A stretch of 64,000 nt of DNA, the filler included, from Dirinaria sp. TL-2023a (taxonomy: Eukaryota): the NCBI GenBank assembly GCA_051941275.1. It is 10 parts of 10 records of this genome, joined end to end, with 100 filler letters (N's around TTAATTAATTAA, not from the genome) between each part and the next. Parts side by side here need not be neighbours in the genome. Positions count along the whole stretch, not along the records: positions 25,905 to 32,247 come from JAVEBF010001494.1; positions 32,348 to 38,671 come from JAVEBF010001495.1; positions 38,772 to 45,087 come from JAVEBF010001496.1; 7 more parts are not named here. One strand, 5' to 3'. The first letter of the stretch is position 1; every line of letters starts with the position of its first letter. The notes below the pieces were generated by a model. It did no database searches, was not told the DNA's origin, and saw only the letters and a list, made by a program, of their open reading frames with translations. The translations under genes and the position numbers were made by a program. This document shows, one piece after another, positions 27,633 to 38,807 of the stretch.

Positions 27633-28463
27633 CTAACGATTGTATCGAGCAAACGCTTCACGCATCGCTGCACGACCACAGTCAAATGCTATATCATTGC
27701 GGCGATTCAAGTCATTGATGGGACTGCCATCTATGTTCAGGCGACAGACTATCATATGAAGATCTATTCTTACACTCAACATCGAATCTCGAAGGCGATC
27801 CCTATCCTCGAGAAAGCGATCCTTTTCCTGTTGCACACATCGTAAATGAGCCTCCAACTTCGAGATCGACTTTTGAAGACAATCGTTATTCATGCGAAGA
27901 CTATCTATTTCCTCTTCCACATGTTGTACTTGAGCCTCCAATTTCGCGATTCTTTCGATATCTTTTTGTTTCCGAAATGCCTCGTTGTTGGCGGCGGCGA
28001 CGTTGATTCGCTTGCGTACTTTGGCCTTCGGCTCGATATACGTGTCATATATCATTCAGTGATCAAGATTCTCTGGTCTGCTTGATGCAGGCATAGCCTT
28101 TTTGCCTGACGACATCCGCGGCGTTGTGGACGAGGAACCAGCGCTCGAAGGAATCACAGATAGTGTGATGAATGACTCAACTCGACTGATCTGATTGTAA
28201 GAAGCCGAATTGACATCGCTGAAGTGTTCTCGACTCTGCGAAGTCTGCCGACTCATTTCGCGACACAAAGGTGATCTCGTCAAGAACGAGCTATTCGTGT
28301 CAGATTTTGAAAGAATAAGTTCTTTGATGATAGTTCTCGCATCTAAACAATCGTCGGGTCGTACTGAGACACTTCTGACACTTAGTTGAGAGTTCAGAAG
28401 ATTTTGAATATCGATTCGGCGCGAATCTTGAGGGTTCATTTCGGATACCTTGCTGAAAGACAT
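27633..28463 (-). pseudogene. Orphan coiled-coil protein gene broken by a single in-frame TGA
   Basis: ORFs 28056-28463 and 27633-28055 are contiguous in one frame (ENLDH*MIYDTYIEPK); the C-terminal half shows heptad repeats (RIAKLEAQVQHVEEEIDSLRMNNDCLQKSISKLE). Confidence 0.65.
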
Positions 28464-28653
28464 CTTGTAACACTGAGAATAATTTCAGACTACATTGAGA
28501 ATCTGGTGCTTGAAGCGGAGGGATTTTCGAATCTTAGGTGAAAATTCAAATAGGAAACAATGATTGTTCATTGTAGATCAGATGACAATTGATGGCAGAG
28601 AGGCCGACGCCGTATAAAACTATCTTACTTAATCTTAACTACCTACCTTAAAG

Positions 28654-28902
28654 TAGTCTCATACGGCGACGTCAAGTCGACGCTGCATAAGCTTCGGTAA
28701 GATACCTTAGTCTCATGCGGCAGCGCCAAGTCGACGCTGCATATTGCATAATGTACTTTAAGCAAAGGTAAGAAGCGAGATTAAGGTACTCCGTACTCCG
28801 TAGGCCGTTTACCCTTAATTGAAGATACCTTAGGTAAAGTACATGTACATAGTATAGTATTGTATCTTAGTCTCATGCGGCGGCGCCAAGTCGACGCTGC
28901 AT
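28654..28902. repeat. Three direct copies of a 35-bp imperfect-hairpin repeat
   Basis: Consensus TAGTCTCATGCGGCGGCGCCAAGTCGACGCTGCAT at 28654, 28708 and 28868. Confidence 0.95.
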
Positions 28903-29020
28903 CACATCATGTGGCAATCTTGCATCCGTAACATGCTCATTCGTCTCTTTGCTGGACCACAGATTAATCGTAGGACAATTGTTATAGTCTTATGGTCATC
29001 AGTTGAGCAACTTGTGGGAC

Positions 29021-30800
29021 ATGGTCCAAAACACGAGGCTTCGTTTGCCTCCGTTCTCAAATCAGTTGCGTTCCAATGGACAACCAAGGCAAAACGTCGC
29101 CTTTATTCCATATCAACGCCATGAAGCAGTTTCTCATGAGCGTCAGCAGACGAGTAATGTGCTTCAATTCTTGTTCACAAGGTTAAAACCACATACCAAC
29201 ATCTTCTAGAAGCTAGAACTATTTCAGCGTCGGCATACAACAGAGATATCTCTCGACTACAGCGGCGGGTCTTAGAGTCTTGTTCGCTTCTTCACGAAGA
29301 AAGTTCTGCCAAAGAAGTTCGACTTAGATCATTTTCTTTCGCAATTAGGCATCATCTGCAATGTAGTCCCATACATTGCGAAACACAATCAACCCGAATT
29401 CTATGAACTCGTGGTTGCGACACGATGAACCAACTTGCTGCAATTCTCAGAAAAGTCTCATGATTTTGAATTAGAGACTTATTATAATCCGCTTGAACCA
29501 ACTATGAAGGCCATATCTACCTTTGAGTACAGAGCGGCCAAACAAATAACTCGACTCAACACACTCAAAAATGCTGCGGAAGCGACTCGCAGTGAATGAG
29601 GGAATGAATCAGCAGAATGCTATCGAATTCTTATCAGCAACGCTGGCCTCGAAACACAGCTCGAAAGAGAAATGCTGAGTTGAGACATTCAAATGAGCTG
29701 TCTCACACACATATTCTTCAACATGTTTGCTGACAACGGCAAGCACTCCGACAATTGAGTTCTCGAGAGCTTCACGCAAAATCTTTTGTACTTTGATCTG
29801 AGATGTTGTGACCGCTATGACACATCCTCCGCCTTCGACATCCTTGATCGAGATCAGAGTGACTGGCTTCGACCTTTTCGAAACGATTTTACAGACAGTA
29901 TTTCAAAAGAGTCAGAGCAGCAGACTATTTCGTTATTTGAAAGTCTTCTTGAATTCTTCGGATGTAAGACGAATTGTCAACGGCACAAGTTCGGAATGAA
30001 TTATACGACAAGTCAAAATGCGTCTCTCTGCGTACAGTTCTTGAGCATTCTCTGTTCACGTCAATTCGAATATTTCGATTCGCAAGAAATTCAGCGCGCT
30101 TTTGCCAAGTCGAAACTTTTCGCAGGACAATCGGAGTCAGACATATCGAATCCGCTCGAATGAGGTAAAAAAATGTTAATATTCGTGTCTGTCGGCTTTT
30201 CTGACAACTATCTGGTACAACTGTTCAAACCGAAGCTGATGCACGCTAATAGAAGACTCAGAATCTATCATCGCAATTGCTGTGCGATTTTGATGCACGA
30301 AAAATCGAACGAATTCGTCTCGATCTGTAAATTCTCATTTCACGCAGAGTGAGAAAGCAATGCTAATTCAAGATAGTGAGCACTTCTACAGCTACCTTTC
30401 ATGCCTCGAAAAGCAAGAGAACAATATACTCGTGCTTCTTTCTTGAAGCTGAAGTTATCATAATCAGAATCAGACTCTGAAAGTGCTGAGAGATTGGATA
30501 AGATCGAGAGAAAGCTTGAATCTGTATAAACGATTAATTGAAGATCTATGACTTCAGCAAACACCGAAGCAGTTTGGAATGACTCTAATTGCTTTATTGT
30601 GTCGAGAGCAGCTCCTTTCATCGATCGATCAACACACTGCCTACAACACTGCTCGGCCTATCGTAGATAGCTTCTTGGCGGATCTTGATAGTATCTTGAA
30701 TGATCAAGAGGTCAGCAATAGGCGTGCGGTCTTTGGAAAAACGATCTCTTCACTCTGGAATGTGCTATTCTTCCTCGACTCTAACAAAGGAATGATTTAG
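29021..30800 (+). pseudogene. Long orphan gene (~570 codons) inactivated by in-frame TGA/TAG stops
   Basis: One frame from 29003 to ~30326 has stops only at 29207 and 29273 (TAG) and 29426, 29597, 29681, 29756, 30161 (TGA), with no frameshifts. After a putative GTAAAT..GCTAAT..AAG intron it continues with three more TGA into ORF 30579-30800. Confidence 0.65.
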
Positions 30801-31626
30801 ATACTTACGGACTTTGTTGATAGACAGCATTGTCTTAAAGTATCTCCGCTTCTGAAAACTCTGGATGGTATCTTGTATCGGTATTGCGCGAAGAAGGTTC
30901 ATGGGCAGGATCACAAAAGAGCTTTCGAGGAAGTCAAAGTGGAACTTGTTCAGTGTTTGAGGGTAATGTTTGTACGGGATCAGATTGCCGATGCTGACTG
31001 AATCATGATTCGGGACCAAACATTGGTGGATAGTATGTTTCGAGTCTCGGGGGTACGCTCTTCTCTGAATTTCTAAAGGAGCCCTCATCTTTGTCGGCTG
31101 TCTCTTGTCGTCATTTAGTATTAGTCATCATGTATCAAACGTGTCCATCGCCGCCCATCTATGCAGATCAATGATATCGTGATGACAAACTCAGTAGATG
31201 TTGAGTAGACTACTGCAAACCGGGAAAATTGAAAATGGCTCGGGCATGCCCCTTCAACTGAATTGGGAAATGATAAACGAACTTTGAGCCTCAGCTTTAT
31301 GATGCTGCATGAGACAAGAAGGACAGAGCATAAATATGATGGGTGCCTCGCTCGGACGTGACCTTGTTCTTCAAGTCTGACAGACGCCGTGGGGTTTCGT
31401 AGGTGTATTTTCGATCACGTCTTCTGCATCTTTATTTGACAGCTGTTAGATTATACTTTGTGGTAAGTGCAGTCTGTTCGAATTCGATGTCACGTGTCTC
31501 TCAGATCGATCAGCAGAAGAAACGACGTTATATGTTGAGATGTTCACAAGTTCAGGTCAGGCTGAATTCTGTCAGAAATGTGAACATGCGAACAACGAGC
31601 ACAGAATAAAGAAGTGTAAGACTTAC

Positions 31627-31866
31627 GGGTGTCAATTTCGATGAAAGCGCTGCCAGATTCGGATATGTCTGTCGTATCAATCGTATCATCTAAACATCCG
31701 GCAGTCGTCACTGCAAACAACGTGCTGTCGCGTAACTCAGATACATCGTGCAGCAGTTTTGGTACTAGCTTTCAGATATCGGGTGGCTCTCTACATGCAA
31801 CTGCTGGGCCTGAGCTATCTAATTCGGCCCCAGTGACTGCAGACTCGGTGGAAGGTCTTTGGATGC
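31627..31866 (-). pseudogene. Internal exon of a fourth degraded orphan gene
   Basis: Flanked by a GCTTAC..TAG acceptor and a GTAAGT donor; reads IQRPSTESAVTGAELDSSGPAVACREPPDI*KLVPKLLHDVSELRDS... with a single TGA. Confidence 0.4.
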
Positions 31867-32247
31867 TATGCTATGTAAGCATTTCCGTGGTGATTACAGA
31901 GCTCTGTTAGAGATGATCTTGCGGGCAACGCTACTACTGGTTTGACGAATTAGATTAGACTTATATAGCAGCAATATGAAATGTCCTCGAGATGCGCAAT
32001 GCAGCGCATGAATGATCTCTAGCTTGTGAGTAGTAGCTATCATAGGAGCGAGATGACAGTATATTCTCACTTAGAATCAAATAGCGCAGAATCTTCACCA
32101 GAATTGAGGAAGCGTCGAGTAGAGCAATGTCAAAAGCGGAGCGCTCGTGAAAAATGCTAGTATCAAGTCCTTAGAGGTTGCTCAGGGGAAAAAACATTAA
32201 ATTCGTCAACCACAAGGACGCAAGGATATCCGCGGTTGTAAAGGGAG

Positions 32248-32347
32248 NNNNNNNNNNNNNNNNNNNNNNNNNNNNNNNNNNNNNNNNNNNNTTAATTAAT
32301 TAANNNNNNNNNNNNNNNNNNNNNNNNNNNNNNNNNNNNNNNNNNNN
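32248..32347. other. Artificial contig linker
   Basis: N44-TTAATTAATTAA-N44. Confidence 0.99.
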
Positions 32348-32626
32348 GCCATCCAAATGAATGGCATGCTAGGAACATGGAATTCCCGAAGTTGCTTACC
32401 GAGTAGCCCAGACATGGTATAAAATTCTTTTGTCTTTCATTGATGAAACGCAAGTTTCTACGATCCATCCACAATCCTTCTTGCTTGCTTTCCCTAGAAA
32501 CCCGGAACCCAATTTGAAAACATAGGTATTCATCAAAATCCATTCATGTAATAGAAAGCAAAAAGGCCGTTTCAGCAGCGGCTGCTAGCTAAGTAAGTTA
32601 GTTCCGATTCTTTCGGCGTGATAAAT

Positions 32627-33031
32627 TTATTCAGCGCTCTCAATTTTTTCTTTCACTTGTTGCATACTTTGATGCGAATTTCCATCGAATTGATAAAGAA
32701 GTTGAAATGGATCGGTTTGTGATGTCTCGATCCGTGGATTTTTCATGAATGTCGGTGAACAATGGTTCCAGGGATATACCTCGTCACAGTTCGCGTGGCC
32801 AAGTTCACGACGCTGAAGCCTGTTAAAAAGCTTCTTATTGGTGGGAAACAAGGTTTGATGAGTGTAAAGATGTTTCATGAGGAAATGGATATAGAATAGA
32901 TTGGCGTTGACAATTTGGGAGCTTCTTATCAACCTCGTCAAAGCCATCTTATGTCGTGCTTGCGCCTCTTGAAGCCACACTTCTCTTACTCTTGAGAAAA
33001 GCCGATCTTGATACTCTTGAAATACCCTCAT
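32627..33031 (-). CDS. Hypothetical protein or fragment
   Basis: Open frame from MRVFQEYQ...; no recognisable motif. Confidence 0.25.
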   Translation of the reverse strand: MRVFQEYQDRLFSRVREVWLQEAQARHKMALTRLIRSSQIVNANLFYIHFLMKHLYTHQTLFPTNKKLFNRLQRRELGHANCDEVYPWNHCSPTFMKNPRIETSQTDPFQLLYQFDGNSHQSMQQVKEKIESAE

Positions 33032-33445
33032 CGTAGACCTTAAGATGAATCTAGGAAGGAAAATTCTTCTCTTAAAAGAGAGAAAAGAGAGAAATTGGTG
33101 CTCGGGAAGTGACTTAGCGCAATGACGACTTCGCGCATGCGGTTGTAAGTCGAGAACACAAAGGGAGCCGGCCGATGAAGATTTGCTGGATGATGGGACA
33201 TGGCTGGCAATCAGGGTCAAATGCCGATCCTCAAGCTTAGATGCGATAACTCGAGGTATGTCGAAGAAACCATTCTATGGAGATGGCAAAGCGCCTAAAC
33301 AAGACTAGAATCCTTCCTCCACCTGTTTGACTGGAAGACCCGCAAGTGCAATCCACGACGTCGTCTCCTTGCATCTGTATGCAGGATCTGCTACCGCGCC
33401 GAGTCAACCTCTTGCGTCTCCAGCTTTAAAAGACATTTTTTGCTC

Positions 33446-34566
33446 CTACGCAGTGCTAACACTATCAGACCCCGACGCTGGATAGCGATAGGTGGCGGTC
33501 ACGCTGAAGGTTGCAGCGCGCCGACCATTCTTATAGATAGAGGCATCTATGCTTTCGAACTGAGAAGTGACCATCATCACCTCGAGGACCATTGTAATTC
33601 CAGTGAGCAGCTCACCATAATCTAGTGGGCCCGTACCAAGCCAGGCACTTACAAGATTTGCTTGCATGATCAGAGTGACCCCGGAGACCGATGCGAAATG
33701 TATCTTGCAAATATTACCGTGTGCATTGTTCCGGGCCATCGCGGCAGAATTTGCAGGTATCAAAATTGCGAGATTCCAGCGAACAAAGGCTCCAAGCCAG
33801 AGCGCGCGTGGGTCAGAATAAGCTATGGCTCCACGAAAGTCAATATGCGTTGTGATTTCATCATTGGATGCGACGAAGGATCTGCCATCTGGTGCGGCTG
33901 AATGCACACTAGAGCTTTGGATGCTCGAGGAATTGGATGCAAGCGAAGAGCTATTTGCAGCCAATATAGGGCTAAGAATATCACTCGCAAAATATCCTAC
34001 TCCTTGGGGTGGCGTTGTTCTTGTGAGCACTTGGAGGTCCCACGACTTTAGGTCCCTTTGAGGGACAAAGTACTTGCTAAGCATGTTCCAGAGAACAGCA
34101 GCTGCAAGGCTAGGCGTAATCTTGTAAGGTGGACCCACGGCAGAGATGCGCGTCATAATATTGGGGTAAAGACCTGTAGAGACTGAGATGTCTTGTGTGA
34201 CGGGTCTATTATTGTTGACTCTCCAAAACCGTACCATTGCAACATAGAGAGAATAGAAAAGTTGATTGGCGGTTTCAACGGAAATTGAGCGTTGGTGTGA
34301 AACCCACTCAAGGCCATAATCGTCTCGTAGCGCAACAACACCGCTTTCCATCGGAAAAGCAAGCTCGACATCTTGCACTAGAGTATCGTTTGTTATACTG
34401 AGAAGCATTAGACGCATGATGAGTTTATCGGGATGCTCTACCTTTTGTTTGGCGACACTATGGTTGTGCTGCTGAAAGACGGGGAGCTCCGTGGCAGCAA
34501 TTGAGGCAGGACAAGCGCGTTGACTGTATAAAGAAGACCGAGACACACAGGACTACGGATCCACAT
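33446..34566 (-). CDS. Secreted orphan protein, ~358 aa, with two tandem alpha/beta-like domains and a Ser-rich linker; exons 34566-34442, 34397-33446
   Basis: Signal peptide MWIRSPVCLGLLYTVNA-LVLP; a 44-nt GTAGAG..CTAAT..CAG intron joins it in frame to the 366-codon ORF; linker ANSSSLASNSSSIQSSS. Confidence 0.7.
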
Positions 34567-35599
34567 GGTGTCAACAAGAGTAATGGAGCTAACCAAATCT
34601 CCGAATGTTTTCGCTCGTACTGACAGAGGGTTTATCTAACGGGTTCGCAGAATTGAAACGCGGATTTACAAAGAACGCGTCGGATTAGCAAATCAATTTC
34701 AGGAAAAGCAATAGGTGCCACAGCCATGAAATACAGAGCTAAGAAATACAATTGAGAAACAGCAGAGACCAAAAGGGAAAACCAAAAGAGGAGATCAATG
34801 CGTGCTCTCGGATGATAAGCAACACGTGTAGGGCGGATCCAGCGGCTCTACTTGGTAGGCAGCTTACAACGTTCCGCTTTGTGTATCATATTTAGCCGAA
34901 AATGTGTGTAAGCGCCAGCCGCCAGGAGCTTGACACGGGAAGACAAGTTGCGATTGGCGATGGACCGGCGCTGGATTGTATCTTCGAGGCGGATTGTGGG
35001 TCATACGTCTCCGCACAAGACTCTCCGGTCAGTGTGAGTGACTGACAATCCGCTTCTGTGACGACTGTTGCTGGTATCATGACGCTGGCCCAGTGCCCGA
35101 AGTCTCTCGCTTAATCGGACTGAGTATATGGGGAATGAGCGTAAAACGCTACTGACGAGACCTGACTGGTTTTTCACTTTGCGCCTGAGTTTGGTAGCTA
35201 TACCTGAATTTGTCTGACTATCTTGACCTCAGATGTTCGCCGATCAAGCGGAGGCCCCTGATTGGCAATAGACATATTAGACAGTACAGTACAGCGTAAC
35301 CGAAGACCTCGACCATCTTAATATTCACACCTTTTCCTGACTATAATCCTGGATGGTATTCGGACAAGTTTCATTATTGGAAAGCAACGAAATCATGTCG
35401 CAGTACTCGACTACTGGCAAAGAGAACAGTAAAAAGGACAGTCTCCATAACAGGCTCAAACATGTCCTAGATATACTTCGTGCTCTCGAGTGGCGAAGTG
35501 ACTTTTTGAGAATCACTGCCAGACATTGAAAGTCATTTTCATATTTCCCAATCTCCAGTTGGGGGCGAGTATGACACCCTCCAACCCTACATCAACCCT

Positions 35600-37310
35600 C
35601 AAAGCCGGTGACTGTGTAGGCAGAGACCACACTTCTTGCACATCACGTGAGCAGATACTTTGAGCTTTGGCCCAACATGCAATGTCGTCAATGTGCGCTC
35701 AAAATTTCTAATTCTACTTTTATATTAGACAACTGATAATTGATAATGCCTGTTGCGCCCGAAGAGAATTGTAGCTGTTCCACACCGCTTATGAAAGTCT
35801 TCCACTCTCGCAAGTGTCATTCATTTGAAGCTCATTTGAAGCAAAGAGCAGCTTGGGATACATGAAAAAGACGGAAGAAGAAATGTGATGGGCTGTTGCC
35901 CAGTCGCACTGGCTGTCCGAGTCTATAAGTAAATTGCCGTTACAGTGACGCCAGGAGACCATGTCGCGCTGGCTCGAAAACACCAGCTCCTGAGGTAATT
36001 TACCATTGTCTGCGTGGCTTGAATACAGATGAGGTTGAGATTCTTCACCAATTTTATACCCTTACATTCAAGCACTCTTGGTTCCTCACAAGTGCAAGAT
36101 GTCATTGCAGGCTGTCTTTTTGCCGCCATTGAGTAAGTCTTATAACTTCTCAAACCACGCTATCCTAACACTCGCAACGTCACAAATGATGTTTATGTCC
36201 GAGCGGTATGATCTCAGACATCAACGAGCACTTCAACAAAGCACTGCCATCATTTCGTCAATGACATCTTTGCCTATTTTGACTACTCAAATCAATGCAG
36301 TCCTGACAAATTCTGTACTCTTGAATGCAATGGCATTCGTCAAGGGTCATCACTGTTCTTTGAATTCCTGACTCTATACAGACACGGGAGACTCACAGTG
36401 GCTGAGTGGACACATTGGAATTAGAGCTATAGTGCCTGACGTCAGACAAGTTCTCAAGCAGAGCTCATGGGCTGTTGTGCTCATGAAAAAAGGTTACTCT
36501 TTCCACGGTAAACATTGTGTGCCATTCGACGACGAGAGTTCAGAATGCGAAGTATTTTTGAGAAAGCTTCAGGCTCATTTTTCATCCGGAACGCCGAATC
36601 TAGCTCTTTCAAAAACGGGTATTTCGTGATCATTGACCCCTCTGCTAGCGGATCAGGCTTTCGACGATTCTTTTCACAAATTGATGACCGTTAGGTATCT
36701 TTTTACGTCGGGGTTCTGTTAAATGCTACGGTCTATCGAGCTGCCACTTTGTTGTTGCTGACGCATTGGTTAGGCCTGATGAACAAATTTTCGCTATGAT
36801 GGATCTCTCGGATGGTTTAGTCAGAATGCTTCGCCAGCTGCAGCTGTCTTGATCTCAACAGAGATGACATCGTACGCGAATCACTTTCGTTCTGTGCATG
36901 CTGTTGTGACTTTCTATCGAGACACGGAGAACAGAAAAACCTGTGAAGCTTTACTGAGGAAGAATCGTGCGAAGCTGCACAGCTAGAGTCTACGACGAAT
37001 CTTCAAACCGTCAGGTCATTTCTAACAGCTAGTCTCGCTCAAAAATGCGGAATGCATTGGTCAAACATCTATCTACCCAGGAATAGAGCGTTCATCAGCC
37101 AACTAAACCGAGACTTCGACCTAGATTCTTAAGAATATACAGGAAATCGCGCATTCTGTTTTTCAGAACTTGCTTTACCTCTGTTACTCCCGATGGTGAT
37201 TACTTCACACTGGTCCCATTCGACAGCCATCGATCTGGATGCCACACAACATGGTTCAGATTGTCGCTACTACTGGCGCAAAATCTCGCATGCCGGAAAA
37301 TGTCTCATTA
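35600..37310 (+). pseudogene. Decayed Upc2-like Zn2Cys6 transcription factor
   Basis: Fragments EVEILHQFYT..STLGSSQVQDVI, HQRALQQSTAII..INAVLTNSVLLNAMAF..NS*LY...QWLSGHIGIRAI...LKQSSWAVV and LCYSRW*L resemble the middle region of this family; stops and frameshifts; the zinc cluster is barely recognisable. Confidence 0.4.
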
Positions 37311-38127
37311 GTTGAAATAGAGTCGAATAAGCCTTGAGCGATCTGGGTCATGCAGCAGAGTGTTCTAAGACAGATGAGAAGACCTTAGGTACCGAAAGTA
37401 CATGTAGGTGAGGTTGGTAGGACCCTTGTACGGAGATCACACGATTAGTCCGGGTTAGGGCCATGAACGCCAAGACGAGGCTGTCTAGGCGACTATCTAC
37501 ATGTAGGTACAGTTGGGTTTTAGCGAGCAAGTGTGCGGCTCAGGTAGTCGTTTGGCTCCTTCCGGCGAAAAGCTTAGGTGGTTCCCGGGCGGCTTTCAGT
37601 TGATCTCACTGCCTTACTTGCCTCTAAGGTCATGTAGGTAAGGTAAGTTTTCACCTAGTGTCTTGGCAGCTAAAAGAGGACAGAAAACTGCCCCCAACTC
37701 AGTCAGGAGTTCTCCCGAGGGGAGTGCGTTTCTAGCGAGCTGGTTGGATGAGCCGGACTGACTCGGCCGTCTAAGAGAGAAAAAGCAGGCGTGCAGCTTG
37801 CATGCGCTTACTCAAGTTTCTCCGATTCGGCTTTTTCTAGCTCCAATGATTGAAAGCTCTAACGTAATACATTCCGCTGTACCGAATGGCAAACATCTGA
37901 GGTGGCAGCCACTCATATATCCCGTCTTCAATTGATCATGCCACCTTTCCGTGATGAGCATCGTGAAAGACCTCACACGCAAGGGATATGCCTGGCTTCG
38001 CTACACCTGAACGCTATTTGCTGACTGCTGTGCCGTCCATGACAGAAAACATGCTTTCATCTAAGGCGTTTCCGAGGTCCAGAGGAGAGTTGCGACTGGC
38101 AAAGATACGATTCTAGTCGGAAGTAAT

Positions 38128-38671
38128 ATGGCCTCGACTCATAATATTGACGCAGAATACCTGAATAACCTCTTTCAGCTCGAAACTAGATCCTGGCCCA
38201 TGATGGAACGTCCTGGACTTTCTATCCAGCCACCAATTTCAATATTTGACCCTCGTCCCCCTCTCTACCTGCCAGATTTGAACTTCATCCTTCGCAGACC
38301 TGCTTCAATCCGCTGCTTATTACTGCACCGGAACCGCAAAAGTAGTTGGTAATTCAGCCTCCAGCTAATTCTAGCATGTATCTTCCCACAATCATCGCTG
38401 TTGCCTTGGGGCTCGGCGTGGTCAGGTAATTCGGCCTATGAAGGAGCTACGCATAGATTGCTAATCTTCGATTCCCAGTGCAAAGCCAACTCCGACATCA
38501 ACGTGCACAACAACACTCAATACTCTGATACCTTGCAATCTCAGCCCGATTACGACCGAATATCTTACAACCCATACGGCCACTAGCCGGGTGCCATGCA
38601 GCGGATGTGCACTTGTTACCAGGAATATTGGAGGAATCTGTCCGGTGAGTTTGCGTACCGTCCATCTGAAG
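38128..38671 (+). CDS. Possible 5' part of a hypothetical spliced gene, truncated by the contig end
   Basis: ATG ORF MASTHNIDAEYLNNLFQLE...; downstream GT../CTAAT..AG signals; no family motif. Confidence 0.25.
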
Positions 38672-38771
38672 NNNNNNNNNNNNNNNNNNNNNNNNNNNNN
38701 NNNNNNNNNNNNNNNTTAATTAATTAANNNNNNNNNNNNNNNNNNNNNNNNNNNNNNNNNNNNNNNNNNNN
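38672..38771. other. Artificial contig linker
   Basis: N44-TTAATTAATTAA-N44. Confidence 0.99.
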
Positions 38772-38807
38772 TCTCTAAACATTGTCTATCTACCTAGCCT
38801 CGGGAAT

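Noticed and set aside
28654..28902. CRISPR array (35-bp palindromic direct repeats)
   Set aside because: Only three copies, spacers of ~19 and ~125 nt, eukaryotic intron-containing context and no cas genes.
26289..31866. Alternative genetic code (UGA=Trp) from a mitochondrial, plasmid or mollicute source
   Set aside because: In-frame TAG stops also occur, spliceosomal intron signals are present, and CC/GG depletion extends to non-coding DNA and repeat copies, which fits mutation rather than recoding.
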